From positions 2,720,699-2,784,698 of the forward strand of contig CM082581.2 in NCBI GenBank assembly GCA_040954595.2: 64,000 nt of DNA, in the 5' to 3' direction. The notes under the pieces were generated by a model. That model did not search any database. It had not been told where the DNA came from and saw only the letters and a program-made list of their open reading frames with translations. The translations under genes were made by a program, and so were the position numbers. The DNA is from Balanoglossus misakiensis (taxonomy: Eukaryota; Animalia; Hemichordata). Below are positions 1 to 14,189 of the stretch, one piece after another; the stretch's first letter is position 1, and every line of letters begins with the position of its first letter.

Positions 1-1249
1 AAAGGTACTTCATGGGGCCGCAAGGGTCTTTAACATAGGGTCCAAGGTCTTCTCCCCCTCCTGCACAGCCTAATGATGACCATTTAAGACAGTCCACCTG
101 TGAATCAAATATATGTGCATGTTTATAAGTAACCAATCACAAACTTGCATTATGTCATACTAATAAGTCAAAATATGCAGAACATGGTATAATGTAGGGT
201 CAAGGCTGTGTTGTGACAACGCATAACAATAGAATACTTAGCAGATAAATCTGTGAAACAGCAATTTTGAAACTCCATTTACAACTGACTAAGTAATAGT
301 ACTGCAGAGTATAGAAGCTCCATATGGGTATACTCTTACATGGCAATCAGGTGACAAATGATATTTATGTGTAAACAACAAAAACATGCACACAGACTTA
401 ATAACACTGTACCTAAAACATACCCACCCATGGACGGCAAACAAATAATTAAATTCAAGGCGCCTATATACAATTATAGCTATGGGTAATTCTGCCAATT
501 CTAAATGTGTCCAAACTGAATTCATGTCCAGTTCATTCACCTCATCATAATCACATTACAGGAAATCAATAATGCCCTAAAAAAGCAAATAAAGATGAAC
601 TCATGCTTACCAGAAAGTAGTCTTAACCAAGCTTCAGCGCACAGGAGAACGAGAAACCCTGGACCAGTTGAAATTGCGACAATCATGGCTTCCATCTGTG
701 AATGAAATATGCATAGCAGTTAGTAACAAATCATAAACCTGTAGGTCGCAATATATGGGATGTGATATAAGGGAGTGTTGAGAATATACTTCCCCAGGAA
801 TTGAGGTAGCTGTAGGATTTCCAGGGGGCCATCGATTTTTTTACATGAGAAATTGGGGGGGGGGGGCACATAACACCAGACTTTTAGGGATGGCTATGAA
901 AAAATAGCGTCAAGGACACTGTGGTCCCATTTGAGGATTACACAGAATTAGTTATAGACAAGAATAAAAATCACATTCGACACTGGCAAGCAGATATGAC
1001 CTAACCATATATAAATATGAAAATGTAAAACAATTAACAAGGACCATGCCCAATAGACTGTCATGTGTCATGGCAGTCTTACAAGTGATGCAAGAAAAAT
1101 TTATGTTTGACCAAAAATTGTGTGTAGAAACACACATGACAAGCAACTTCTTACAGTCAGCCCTTGGACAGACTGACAGACATTCAATAGCTAGTGGTCT
1201 CTGTAATAGCTGGCCTATTAAGTTATGTAAACATGTAGTGTAAACAGTC

Positions 1250-2420
1250 TCGGGGTACCAATACCTTGTAAACAGTAACTTTCAATGCAACTGGTCATGA
1301 GTTTAGAAGATTTGCTAACCGAAATCAATAATTTGCAAAAAAACTCGCTAAATATTTGTTCAAAAGTGGCAAAAGCACATACAAGCAAATATCACCAAAA
1401 TTGTTCAAAATCCTAACTTCAATCACCACAAGGAACATGCCTGCCAAAAAGGGAATCAATCAAAGCAATCTGACGAGCGGTTTCAGAGGGGAAAAATAAC
1501 AAAAAAATTATCATCAAAATTATAAATATGTAATTTTTTGCAATAATTTGAACAAAACCATGGTTGCTCAGACAACCTATAAGAAGCTTCATACTAAATT
1601 TCAAAGAAGTAGGCTGATCACTTTCAGAAATGAAGATTTTTTACCAATAATGTTGAAAAATTAATATAAACAAATGCATCAAAAATAGAAAATCAATATT
1701 AGCTCTAAACATACAGGACTGTTTGAGGTAGACATAAGGTACCTGCATACCAATTTCCAAATTAATCTGATTAGTAGTTGGTGAGTTTGAGTTTTGACCC
1801 ATTTCATATTTTTCCACCTAATTTGCATATTTTTTAAAGTCAATGACAACTCCATTTGAAGAAACTCCCTTTTACAGCCCAACATGCATCTACACACCAA
1901 ATATCAAGGTGATACACGCAGCGGTTTTCAAGTTTTTGATGTGGACGGATATACAGACATACATCCATCCATACATACAGACGCAACTGATTCCATTAGG
2001 TCCCAAATGGGACCTAAAAGTTCAAAGCAACCTGACAAGCGCTTTCAGAGAAAAAAGTTTTTGATAAAAATTGTACAAAAATTCCCCAATAACACAAACA
2101 CGCAATTTTAAGCATATTTTACATCTTACTTGGGTTACCCCCTAGGAATCTGCGTACCAAATTTCAAAGCATTTTGAGCAAAAATGGCAAAAATTGTTCA
2201 AAATTAAAAATGCCAATTTTACAACAATTTCGATTTGAACAAAACTATGGTAACTCGGACCACCTATAGGCAGCTTCATACTATATTTTGAAGGAGTCAG
2301 TCTATCGCTTTCAGAAATGAAGATGTTTTTACCAATAATGCAGAAAAAGACAAAACGATAAAAAATAGAAAATTCATAATATTAGCTCAAACCTACAGGA
2401 CAGTATGGCGTTTATTGACA
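1250..2420 (-). repeat. AT-rich interspersed repeat family (Helentron/DINE-1-like non-autonomous elements), recurring at ~3500-5260, ~7820-9380 and in opposite orientation at ~40800-41600
   Basis: Recurrent blocks such as ATCGCTTTCAGAA..GAAGATTTTTT, GGTCCC..GGGACCTAAAA hairpin ends and CATACAT/CATC microsatellite cores. The family label is inferred from structure. Confidence 0.5.
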
Positions 2421-3483
2421 TATTTATATGAATATGGATAGCGCATGATGGGGGAGGGAGTATAAATTCTGAGGGTGTCATCAATTTTTTGTCATAACTT
2501 TTGGGGGGCATATAAAAAAATAACCTAAAATGTAGGAAATCCTACACCCCCCCCCCCCAAGCTTTTATTCTTGCCAACAACTTTTTATAAAGGCCTCTGC
2601 AGTTTTGAAAGAAAGATTGCCTGCTATGTTAGACTATCAATCTACAGAGGGGATGAAAAATCCTATGTGAAGTGTCCAGTTTTTGATCAACTTCCGTAAG
2701 TTTCAACAGGTAAAAATATAACCGTAAATGTTTATCAACTTCACTACGTCTGAAACAGTATGCTTGCAAATGTATTAATATAGTCAGATAACATGAATAG
2801 TGAAGATAGCAAAACAAACAGGTTTATGCTTATGGCCATACCTACTATTAGCGATTGACATGTTGTACATAGCAAATTATTGTTTGGAGTTATGATCAAC
2901 ATGTTTTTATTGCATAAAGTCTCTTTATTGCATGTTTCATTTTACTCTGGAGAGAAATCTGTCCAAAGACGTTTACAGACTTGATGGGGATGATTTTGAA
3001 TAGTGTTCTCAAAAACCTGCAATTTCATGCCCTATATTATGAAGTTGAGGAGGGGTTGTATTCCTAGTAGGATGTTGAAATCACTGGAGAGAAACCATGT
3101 CAGTATAAAAAATTGCTAGGGGTGGTATCAAAGTTTGAAGATACCCAACATGATAAAATCAGTGTCCACACAAGTTTTAAGCAGCTTGCAGGACAGTAAA
3201 TAGCAAGTAATTCAAGTGTGTGTTTTTCAACCCAACATAACAAGTGGACTGATGAACTGACTAATGATCTCTGAAATGCCTAAATGTTTTTGGACATTGG
3301 CTAATCAAGGGGCTAAAAGTGTCTAATGGGAGACCTGTTCGAGACGATTTTGTGATATCAAGAAACCATGGAATACCTGCTCAAAAATTTTGAGTGACCT
3401 GCCACTGGGTAATTCAAAATAGAATAGCTGGTGGTCTGTGTAAAAGCTGGCATATTAAATTTACGTAAACATGTGGTGAATAC

Positions 3484-6400
3484 AGTCTAAGTTGGGTATA
3501 CCATCACCTTGTTAACATACAGTAACTTTCAAAGAAACTGGGCAATTGGTTCAAGAGAAGATTTGCTATCCAAAAACAAAGAATTTATAACAAAACTACC
3601 TAAATATTAAAAACCAGACTTTAATAAAAGTCGCACATACAGGTACATGTGTTATGAAATTGTAAACTAACTTCCAAAGCAATCAGAAAAAATAGTATTA
3701 CCCCTAGGAATATTCCTACCAAATTTCAATGCAATCAAAAGAACAGTTTCAAAGAAAAACACATTTGTTCAAAAGTGGCAAAAACACAAATATGCAAAAA
3801 TCACTATAATTGTACACCATCTTATTTTAATCACTACAAGGAACATTTCTGCCAAAGTTTGAGATTTGGGGACCTAACCCACCATAAATTGCAACAGAAT
3901 TTTTTTCTTCAGAATATATTTTGGAGAGGTGTCTAGATTAATTGAACCCGAATCCACCTTGTAGAAATATTTCTAATTTGCATACATTTAATATTGAAAA
4001 TTTTGGGGCCAAATATCAAGAAATAAACACGACCTTTTCTATGATTTTAAAGTATAAAAATATTTCATGTACATTAAGAACCATCTTGAAGTAATATTTA
4101 TGGGCAGATTTCATAATTTGCATAAATTCAATATGCTGAACAGTATTCCTAGAGTCCCATATTTGGGCTGTATATTGGGTATTACACAAGCTATTTTAGT
4201 GTTTTTATTCAAAACTATCTGTATGACATTTGGAACAATTTTGAAAAAAAAAAAAAGTTTACGTTTGCACTTTATATTTTGAATAAATTCAATATGGCCA
4301 CCAAATGAATGTTCTACAGCTTATCATACTCCAGCATATGTAATATAACCCCATACTAAATTTAGAAGGATTCAGACTATCGCTTTCAGAAGTGAAGATT
4401 TTTTTTGCCAATAATGTGGAAAAAGAAAAAAAAATTAATAAACATTAGAAAATTCATAATATTAGCTCAAAACATACAGGACTGTATGGGTTCATTGACA
4501 TACCAATTTTCAGATCAATCTGACCAGTGGTTGTCGAGTTTCTGACTTTTGACCAAATTTCACATTTTCACAGGTAATACTTTCGGCAATGACAACCTCA
4601 TTTGAACAAAATCCCATCTACAGCCCCGACTGTATCTACACACTAAATATGGAAGTGATACGCGCAGCGGTTTTCATCCATTCACTCCATACATACAAAT
4701 GCAACTGATTCCTCGGGTCCCAATCATATACATGCACATAAACCAAATGGGACCTAAAAATTGCTCCAAAATTATAAATACCCAAATTTTGGCAATAATT
4801 TAAACAAAACTAAGGTTGGTAACACAGATCACCTATGAAGCTTCATACTAATTATCAAACAAGTCAGCTGATCAATTCCAGAAAAGTAGATTTTTTACTG
4901 CTAATGTGGAAAGAAACAAAAAATGCATTAAAAAAAATCACATTATTAGCCCACAACATATAGAATTGTGTGAGGTTAACGTAAGGTACATGCATACCAA
5001 TTTTCAATTTTGAAAGCAATTTGCCCAGTAGTTGTCGAGTTTCAGAGTTGACGAATTAGACACTTTCCCAGTTAATTTGCATATTTTGGCAATGACAACT
5101 TCATTTAGACAAACTCCCATCTACCCCTGTGCCTGCATCTCCACACTAAATATCAAGGTTTCCAAGTGTTTGATGTTGACGGACATACAAACATCCATAC
5201 ATACATCAGGTGCAACTGATCCAATAAGGTCCCATGGTATAAATACAAATACCAAATGGGACATAACAATTCTGATAAAATGCCTACATAGCTAGTGTAA
5301 AAACACTTGTACCTTCAACGCCCTTGGACAACACATTTTTGTAACTTCCCCAGATCAATGGCTAATATGACTTTCCAAAGGCGACTAAAATTTGGGGGGG
5401 GGGGGGGCTGATGCAAATTCTGATACATGTACTTCATGATTTAGAGAAATGGTGAAAATCCTGTCAACCAAATTACAGGGAAATCAGATTTTCCATGTAA
5501 AATCATATCACCCAAAAATGTCAAAAGTGTCGAAAATAATTTTGAAACAAAAAGTCTACTCAAAATCATACCAAAATTTAAAGTTTAATGCAGTTGGGCA
5601 AGTAATTTGAGAATGAGGAAATTTACAAAATAATTTATAAATAATTTACAAATGCCGCACACAAACTTACAATTACTACCATGGTACCAGCAGAGACATT
5701 GCGATCGAGCAATCCCCAAGATATACATGACATGGTCTAATACAAATATTGAATATGTAAAATAAGTACACAACACTTCCAGTCTTTCAGTACAGTCAGC
5801 TGCTTGTGAACAATTTGCAGGTAGGTATTTCATCAAATTTACAGACCAAGTCATGCCTATACAATTCTCCCCTGAAATACGTTTTAAGCTACCCTAAGTG
5901 AGTGATGAAAATCTCATATTGTCGACAATTTCAAGATGGCCGATTTTTGCCATGTTAAAGAAATGGGAGTTCATAAGCTAAAGTGATAATGGGTCATTCT
6001 TGAACTTTTTAACAGAAAAAATAACAAAATGTGAAAAAAGTTTAATGAGTTTAATATGCTAACTACAGAGAACGACATGTTTGACCAAAGCATGAAATAC
6101 AAAAAATGTATCATTTCTTCTATCTTTTACTACAGTGGGTTGTGGACTTTTCGCCCAGAATGCAATGTGATTTGACGCCTAGTGCAAAGTGAAAACCTAT
6201 TTAAGGCAGCCAGAATGTTCTGCACAGTATGACGGGAAACATTTGTAAAGTCATGGCTAGCGTGGGCTAGTAAGTTTATGGGACTCTCCATGATAACCGA
6301 TTGTGGCTTGCCACCACCATAATTTTGAAAGGGCGACTTCACTGTTTGATGGGAAAAGGTAGCATTTACAAACAAGCTATGGAGCATGTATACAGCAAGT

Positions 6401-9400
6401 TGTGCTTACCGGAAAGCGGTCTTGGAAAAGGCCTAGGTATTCTCTTCCTCCTCCGGCATACGTTGAAATGCTGTGTTTAAGACTGTGAATCAAATATATG
6501 CAAATATTAATTAGTAACCAATCAACTTTGTTTTAGAATTATGTGGGCCATACTAATTAGTGAAAATATGCAAAACATGGTATAATGTACGGTCAGACTG
6601 TGCTGCGATAATGTACAACAGTGGAATACGTCGATCTTAAAACTCCATTTACATCAGTACTGCAGTAAAGTGGTCCACATGGGTATATACCCCAAACATT
6701 GCAATTAGGTGACAACTGAAACTGACATGATATCAGATTCTGTAAATGACAGAAGGTGTACACGCACTTTGACATCTATGTAACACTGTACAATGATTTC
6801 TTTGTTTGTTGTGAAAATGAAACTTGCATTTGATCCATCTCACTTTTCATACAACTGATTAGCATAAGAATGTACATTGTTGGCAATTATAAAACATTTA
6901 TTTAAGTATAGAAAAGTAAGCCTTAAACTTTAAACTTTAAATATCAGTATACTAAAATGTTTCAAACGTGGCTGTCAGTATATCTCATGGCGTGGTGGCG
7001 GAAGTAGATGTTGTTACCAGGGAAGACATATTGAACACAGACAAGCCCAATAGTCGCTTGGTGATTTTTTATCTTTATAAAGATTCTCAAAACTTTTTGT
7101 GCATTTAGTAGCTTTGAGCAAGTTTCTGGTACTGATCAGATTTCCGAATTCAGGACTGCGCTTCTCTGGCTTTGGTCACCATCAGCCAATGTGATCCTAC
7201 GCACACATTTTTGAAGAAAAAAAATCCAGCCTGTTTGTGTCATGATTTATATTTTCTTTGCGGCCTAAGGTATTGTTTTATTTCACTCTAAACAACATTA
7301 CTTTCCTTCATGTGTCTATACATAATAATAGATCTCTTAGCCAGTTTGATTAAGCATGGTGTTGGACTAGCACACTTTCAGCCAAAGTTACGGTATCTCC
7401 CTGTGTATTGATATGGGAGTAATTTCTAGCTATATGGTTAAGGAAATGCATCCAAATTTAATTTATGCATCACATGAAGATTTGAACTTGACCATTTAAT
7501 TCATGTCATCACGATCATATCACAGGCAATCGAGGCCAGAATTCGAAGGGAAAAAAAAGTATTGATAACTGGAATGTGTAAATTAGTTCGTAGACATACA
7601 AATTGCTTCCTATTGCTTCGGTTGCAAAGCCCGATAAAAGCAAATATATAGCAAGTCATGCTTACCATTGAGCGGTCTTAAACTCGCCCCAGATGAGGAA
7701 GAGAATCCTGAGTTGAAATGCAGGCAATCTCAGGCAGCATCTGAGAATCAAATAGACCTAGAAGTTAGTAACCAGTCATAGTAGCTCTAAGTTGGATGTA
7801 AAAGTCTAAGTTGGGTGTACCAACTCACCTTGTTAACAGTAACTTTCAAAGAAACTGGGCAATTGGTTCAAGAGAAGATTTGCTATCCAAAAACAAAGAA
7901 TTTACAACAAAACTACCTAAATATTAAAAACCAGACTTTAATAAAAGTCGCACATACAGGTACATGTGTTATGAAATTGTAAACCAACTTCTAAAGCAAT
8001 CAGAAAAAAAATTTGGGTTACCCCTAGGAATTTTCCTACCATATTTCAAAGCCATCAAAAAAGCAGTTTCAAAGAAAAACACATTTGTTCAAAAGTGGCA
8101 AAAACACAAATATGCAAAAATCACTATAATTGTACACCATCTTACTTCAATGACTACAAGGAACATTCCTGCCAAAGTTCAAAGCAACCAGACAACGGTT
8201 TGAACGTTTTCAGAGAAAACAGTTTTTGACAAAGATTGCATAAAATATCTCCAAATAAGACAAAGATGAAGTTTTAACCATTTTTAAGACATCTCACTTG
8301 GGTTACCCCTGGGAATCTGCCTACCAAATTGCAAAGCATTCTGACCAAAATTGGCATAATTGCTCAAAATTATAAATATGCCCATTTTACAACAATCTGA
8401 AAAAAAATATGGTAACTCGGACCACCTATAGGAAGCTTCATACTAAATTTCGAAGGAGTCGGACTATCGCTTTCAGAAGTGAAGATTTTTTTACCAATAA
8501 TTTGGAAAAAGACAAAAAATTAATAAACATTAGAAAATTCATAATATTAGCTCAAAGCATACAGGACTGTATGGGGTTTATTGACATACAAGTTTTCAGA
8601 TCAATCTGACCAGTGGTTGCTGAGTTTCTGACTTTTGACCAATTTCACATTTTCACAGGTAATACTTTTGGCAATGGCAACCTCATTTGAACAAAATCCC
8701 ATCTACAGCCCCGCCTTCATCTACACACTAAAAATGGAAGTGATATGCACAGCAGTTTTCATCCGTTCATCCATACATACAGATGCAAGTCATTCCATAG
8801 GGTCCCAATCGTATATATATATATACACAAACCAAATGCCATGGGACCTAAAAATTGCTACACAATTAAAATACACAAATTTTGCAACACTTTAATCAAA
8901 ACTATGGTAACTCAGATCACCTGCGAAGCTTCATACTAAATTTCAAACAAGTCAGCTGATCAATTCCAGAAAAGTAGATTTTTTACCGATAATGTGGAGA
9001 CAAAAAATGTAAAACATTGGAAATTCACATAAGCTGACAACATAAAGGGCTGTGTGAGGTTACTATAAGGTACATGCATATCAATTATCAATTTTTAAAG
9101 CAATTTACCCAGTAGTTTTTGAGTTCCTCAGTTTTGACAAATTTGACACTTTCCCAGCTCACTTGCATATTTTGGCAATGACAACTTCATTTAGACAAAC
9201 TCCCACCTACTGCCTTGCCTGTATCTCCACACTAAATATCAAGGTCACACGCCAGTAGTTTCCAAATGTTTGATGTTGATGGACATACAGACAAACAGCC
9301 ATACAGACATCCATACATACAGGTGCAACTGATCCTGTAAGGTCCCATGGTATAAATACATATACCAAACGGGACCTAATAATTTTAATAAAATGCCTTC

Positions 9401-11529
9401 ATAGCTAGTGTAAAAACCACTTGTACCTTCAACGTGCTTGGACAACACATTTTTGTAACTTTCCCAGATCAATGGCTAATTTTTTTTGGGGGGGGAGGGG
9501 GCGATGCAATTCTGATACATGTACTTCATGATTTAGAGATCTGGTGAAAATCCTGTCAACCGAATTACAGTGAAATCAGATTTTCCATGGAAAATCATTT
9601 TACCAAAAAATTTCAAAAAGTGTAGAAAATAAATTTGAAACAGAAAGCCTACTCAAAATCATACCAAAATTTAAATTTTAATGCAGTTGGGCAAGCAATT
9701 TGAGAATGAAGAAACTTAGAAATAATTTATAAATTGAAAATAATTTACAAATGCTTCACACAAACTTACAATCACTACCATATTACTGTACAAGTTAAAA
9801 GGACATTGTACCAGCAGAGACATTGCGATCGAGCAATCCCCAAGATATACATGACATGGTCTAATTACAAATATTGAATATGTAAAATAAGTACACAACA
9901 CTTCCAGTCTTTCAGTACAGTCAGCTGCTTGTGAACAATTTGCAGGTAGGTATTTCATCAAATTTACAGACCAAGTCATGCCTATACAATTCTCCCCTGA
10001 AATACGTTTTAAGCTACCCTAAGTGAGTGATGAAAATCTCATACGGTCGACAATTTCAAGATGGCCGATTTTTGCCATGTTAAAGAAATGGGAGTTCATA
10101 TGCTAAAGTGATGATGGGTCATTCTGGAACTTTTTAACAGAAAAAATAACAAAATGTGAAAAACAGTTTAATGGGTTTAATATGCTAACTACAGAGACAG
10201 ACATGTTTGACCAAAGGAAGTCATGAAATACAGTAAACATATAATTTCTTCTATCTCTTACTACAGTTGGTTATGGACTTTCCGCCTTGAATGCAATGAG
10301 ATTTGACCCCCTAGCGCAAAGTGAAAACCTATTTAAAGCAGCCAGAATTTTCTGCATAGTATGACAGAAAAACATTTGTAAAGTCATGGATAGCATGGGT
10401 TGGCAGGTTTATGGGACCCTGCTCATGTTCCCTCGAATAAAACATGATACATGTTTGGTGACTTATTATTCTGTATTTGTTGATTTTGTCATATTTTCAG
10501 ATAAATCCCTATCAATCAGTCATATTTGTTCGGCCTTGCTATACAGCGAAATATAAATCTTGTTGACTGAAATTGTTGAGGATAGTGTTACATAAAGGTT
10601 ACCCATTGGAAAATATTAAAATGATTATTAGTGGTGTCCAACTCTTCATGATAACCAGTTGTGGCTTGCCACCACCATAATTTTGAAAGGGCGACTTCAC
10701 TGTTTGATGGGAAAAGGTAGCCTTTACAAACAAGCTATGGAGCATGTATACAGCAAGTTGTGCTTACCGGAAAGCGGTCTTGGATCAGGCCTAGGTATTC
10801 TCTCCCTCCTCTGGCATACGTTGAAATGCTGTGTTTAAGACTGTGAATCAAATATATGCATATTAATAAGTAATCAATCAACCTTGCTTTAGAATTATGT
10901 GGGCAATACTAAATAGTGAAAATATGCAAAACATGGTATAATATAGGGTCAGAAAAAATATCCAGCCTGTTTGTGTCATGATTTACATTTTTCTTTCTGA
11001 CCTATATTATTGTTTTTGTCACTTTAAACAACATTACTGTCCTTCATAAGTCTAATATGATAATAGACTTCTTAGCCAGTTTGATTAAGCATGGTGTTGG
11101 ACTAGCGCATGTTCAGCCAAAGCTACAGTATCTCCCTGTGTATTGGTATGGGAGTAATTTTAGCTATATGTTTAAAGAAATGCATCCAAATTTATTCTAT
11201 GCTCCATGTGAAGATTTGAACTTGTGAGTTGTCCATTTAATTCATGTCATCACTACCATATCACAGGCAATCAAGGCCAGAATTCGAAGGGGAAAAAACA
11301 AGTATTGAAAGCTGGAATGTGTAAATTAGTTCGTAGACATACATTGCTTCCTATTGTACCGTTTGCAACGCGTGATAAAAGCAAATATATAGCAAGTCAT
11401 GCTTACCATTGAGCGGTCTTAAACTCGCCTCGGACGAGGAAGAGAATCCCGAGTTGAAACGCAGACATTTTCAGGCAGCATCTGTGAATCAAATAGACAT
11501 AGAAGTTAGTAACCAGTCATAGTAGCTCT
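3484..11529. repeat. Tandem segmental duplication, ~4 kb units (~3484-7788 and ~7804-11529), with indels
   Basis: Both units start GTCTAAGTTGGGT and end ACCAGTCATAGTAGCTCT. Long colinear blocks match (e.g. 5700-6100 vs 9820-10230; the near-identical ORFs 5585-5854 and 9716-9979 reflect this). Region 1-1300 contains an older paralogous block. Confidence 0.85.
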
Positions 11530-11684
11530 GCGTGGCAGGGCTGCGTGTTAACAGCTATGCCATAGCTGACACTGGTAGCTTATAACAGTCTCGATGGTGT
11601 AAAAAATCTCCCCAACAACAAAACTAATTCTGGTCAGTTTATTCGCTATCGCTTTGCCTTAAAAGTTATACTGTAGTGTGTTAC

Positions 11685-12101
11685 CACAGGGGGCTCTCCC
11701 TCCGCGATTTTATTGTTTGTTTGTTTGTTGTTGTTGTTGTTGTTGTTGATTGGCATTATAAACAAATACATATTTCTTTATTAATAAATATGGTTTGTTG
11801 ACATGTAAGTGTTAGGGAATATTCAACGGTTAGCATTAGTGTTGGCACTTTTTTCGATCCACGGCCCCGGGCATCACTAAGCCACGAAGAGAGGGTGATG
11901 CTGGCCGTGGATCGCAAAAATGCCAACACTAATACTAACAGTTGAATATACCATAACCTGTCAAATATACCCTAATAACCTAACCCTTACATGTCAACAA
12001 ACCATATTTATTGACAAAGAAATATGTATTTGTTTATAATGCCAATCAACAACAACAACAAACAAACACACAATAAAATTGCGGAGGGAGAGCCCCCTGT
12101 G
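11685..12101. mobile_element. Palindromic MITE with CAC..GTG ends
   Basis: CACAGGGGGCTCTCCCTCCGC..GCGGAGGGAGAGCCCCCTGTG inverted repeats extend through most of the element. It is flanked by direct repeat GTGTTAC (11678-11684, 12102-12108); an alternative reading is CCAC..GTGG with TGTTA. Confidence 0.85.
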
Positions 12102-12547
12102 GTGTTACGGTACCACCTGCCCCACAATGACAAAGCTGACTCGAGGCCACGAACGACGTACAATTTACTCGCACGGTGTAAAACAACGCATGAATTCCAT
12201 GCGACTGTGAGTTTACTGTTCGGCGCTGTAACGCTTCCCAAAGTCAGAATTTCGATGTTGGGAAGACACTGTCGCCCTACCACTACCAGTTTTTGCAAGA
12301 AGGAGTGTACATGTACTTGTAAAATAACATTAAATGCCATGCTTACCAGAGAAACGACATCATCAAGCATGGAGGCGACCGGGACCTCCATGCTTGATGA
12401 ACGTCGAAGCTGCAATGATTTTTCAAATGCAACGGTCAGCGGTACGAGAACGAGGCAGCACCTGCTCGTCAATTATGCAAATTAGTTACTACTCAATCAG
12501 AATCTTGCTTTCGCATTCTAATTAGTCAAAGTATGCAGTGCAACGTT

Positions 12548-14189
12548 TGTGTGCGGGTGGAGAATGCGCCTCGCCAACTGATGAATTCTCTGTCACGGCG
12601 TTCTTTGGAAGTGCGATTATGTAACCGATTATCTCATTAGGGACATAGATAATATATTTTGTCTTCTTCAATTTGTTTGTACTACGAAAACAATTGCGAA
12701 ACGAATAGCAAGCGCTTACGCTATGAAACGTAAATAAATATCAGTCATGGCCATGTAGAAACGGAACGTCAATCCGCATTTGTCAAAAAATAATAGAAAA
12801 GACAAAGAAGCTGAGGGGAATGACCTCTCCGTTCTGACCTATCTGGGGAAGGCCTATTGCAATACGCAATATGTCAGATCATGCTACCATCCGCCATTCT
12901 GATTGGACGAGAGCTCAATCCATCGATACGAAAGTACTCAATAGAGCACTGCTGAAACTGGCCCTGAACTAATCGCATGCAACAGGGAAAACGCGACCTT
13001 TCAAATCAAATAAATACAAAAAATACAGCCAATGAATTTACGGCCGGCCGGTTTATTTCTTAACTGCTCTATAGGAATTGTTGTCACTGCCATGGACCAC
13101 TTCGCGGATAGCATAACACAGGGTGTTGTGGGACAGTTTGCGTTCTGAGCGCGTGCATTAGCCATGCAGTAGACGCTATGTTGAACGCAAATTATACCAT
13201 CATGCATTGCAGATACCCTATCCGCGTAGTGGTCTATGCACGATGCATGTCTTGTCACTGCGCACTCGACAAATTGGACCGTTTCTATAAAAAATATGAA
13301 CTGTGACTTTTGATTTTATTGAGAAATGTCTCTCGAATTAAGACCATGTAACGTAAATCAAGGAAATGTATTCTGCTAAAGTTGCTCCTGACGGGTTCGC
13401 TGAAACATTGTGTTATTGGTAAAATACGTCAAGTGTAAAATATTGAGTTACCTAATATGATAAAATATCAGATTTATGTGTTTAATCAAGATAGGCCTCT
13501 CTTCATATGTTTCATTTATTTGGTTTGAATAAAAGTTATCTGATTCAGTTTCATGAAGTATACACGGATTAAATGTTTATCCACTGTAGTGCCACTGAAA
13601 TGGCTTTCACGTTTGAGACTTCGGGCGGTAATCTTATATTTACTTTCTTCATTTCTATTGGAGTAGACTACACCGGGGTCGACCTAAAATATCTATAAGC
13701 AATGCGCAAAGGGAGTATTTCAGTCGTGATGACCGGACGATGTCGGACAAAGTCTACAACTTAATACACGATCACCTCCAATTTGCATATGTCCATAAAT
13801 GGCTAAACTTGCGTATCCTAGTGTTCTAAAGAACAAATGGTGGCGCTCTTATTGTCGCGTGTGCCACCTCCTGATTATCTGTGATTGGCTGTATCTCAAT
13901 TTGCCATGGTAACAGTAGCTAAATTTGCATAGGTTACCGTATACCTTTAAGGCACGTCAAGCGTATGTCCTTGTTGGGCTGTCTGACAGGAACGAATCGA
14001 GACCCACCGCACAGTCACGCAATAATGAAATCCACATCGCCAAAAACGATGTTTCACTAGACTCGGGTACATGCAACTATCTCATGGCATTTACAGAATT
14101 GAACACCCCAGGCAATGTTACGTGTTGCTCCATGACTGTTGCTCCATGACCAACCAAACAGCAAACAACAAACTCATGTCCAAACCAAT
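12548..14189. repeat. Copy 1 of a 1.64-kb tandem duplication; copy 2 = 14190-15446 + 28573-28886, interrupted by the Chapaev element
   Basis: TGTGTGCGGGTGGAGAATGCG starts both copies and CATGTCCAAACCAAT ends both. ORFs 13925-14149 and 28621-28845 are identical. Copy 2 lacks ~75 bp present at ~13626-13700. Confidence 0.92.

Larger units (their letters stand above)
1..12406 (-). ncRNA. Candidate spliced, hairpin-rich non-coding transcript (exons ~12347-12406+, 11407-11481, 10768-10840, 7666-7740, 6410-6482, 611-695, <=97)
   Basis: Internal exons have a minus-strand GTAAG donor (CTTAC at 606, 6405, 7661, 10763, 11402, 12342) and a ..CAG acceptor; TACTAAC/T branch points lie upstream of the acceptors at 695, 6482, 7740 and 11481. 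Exon pairs total 148 nt, which is not frame-preserving, and the spliced frame reaches a stop in exon 7666-7740. Neighbouring exons are reverse-complementary. Confidence 0.5.

Noticed and set aside
611-11481. Short exons as a repetitive protein-coding gene
   Set aside because: Units are 148 nt (frame-shifting), paralogous exons are open in different frames, and conservation follows base-pairing rather than codons. A short ORF cannot be fully excluded.
12008-12485. Overlapping 153/154-aa ORFs on both strands
   Set aside because: They run into a MITE arm and microsatellite and have no recognisable domain.
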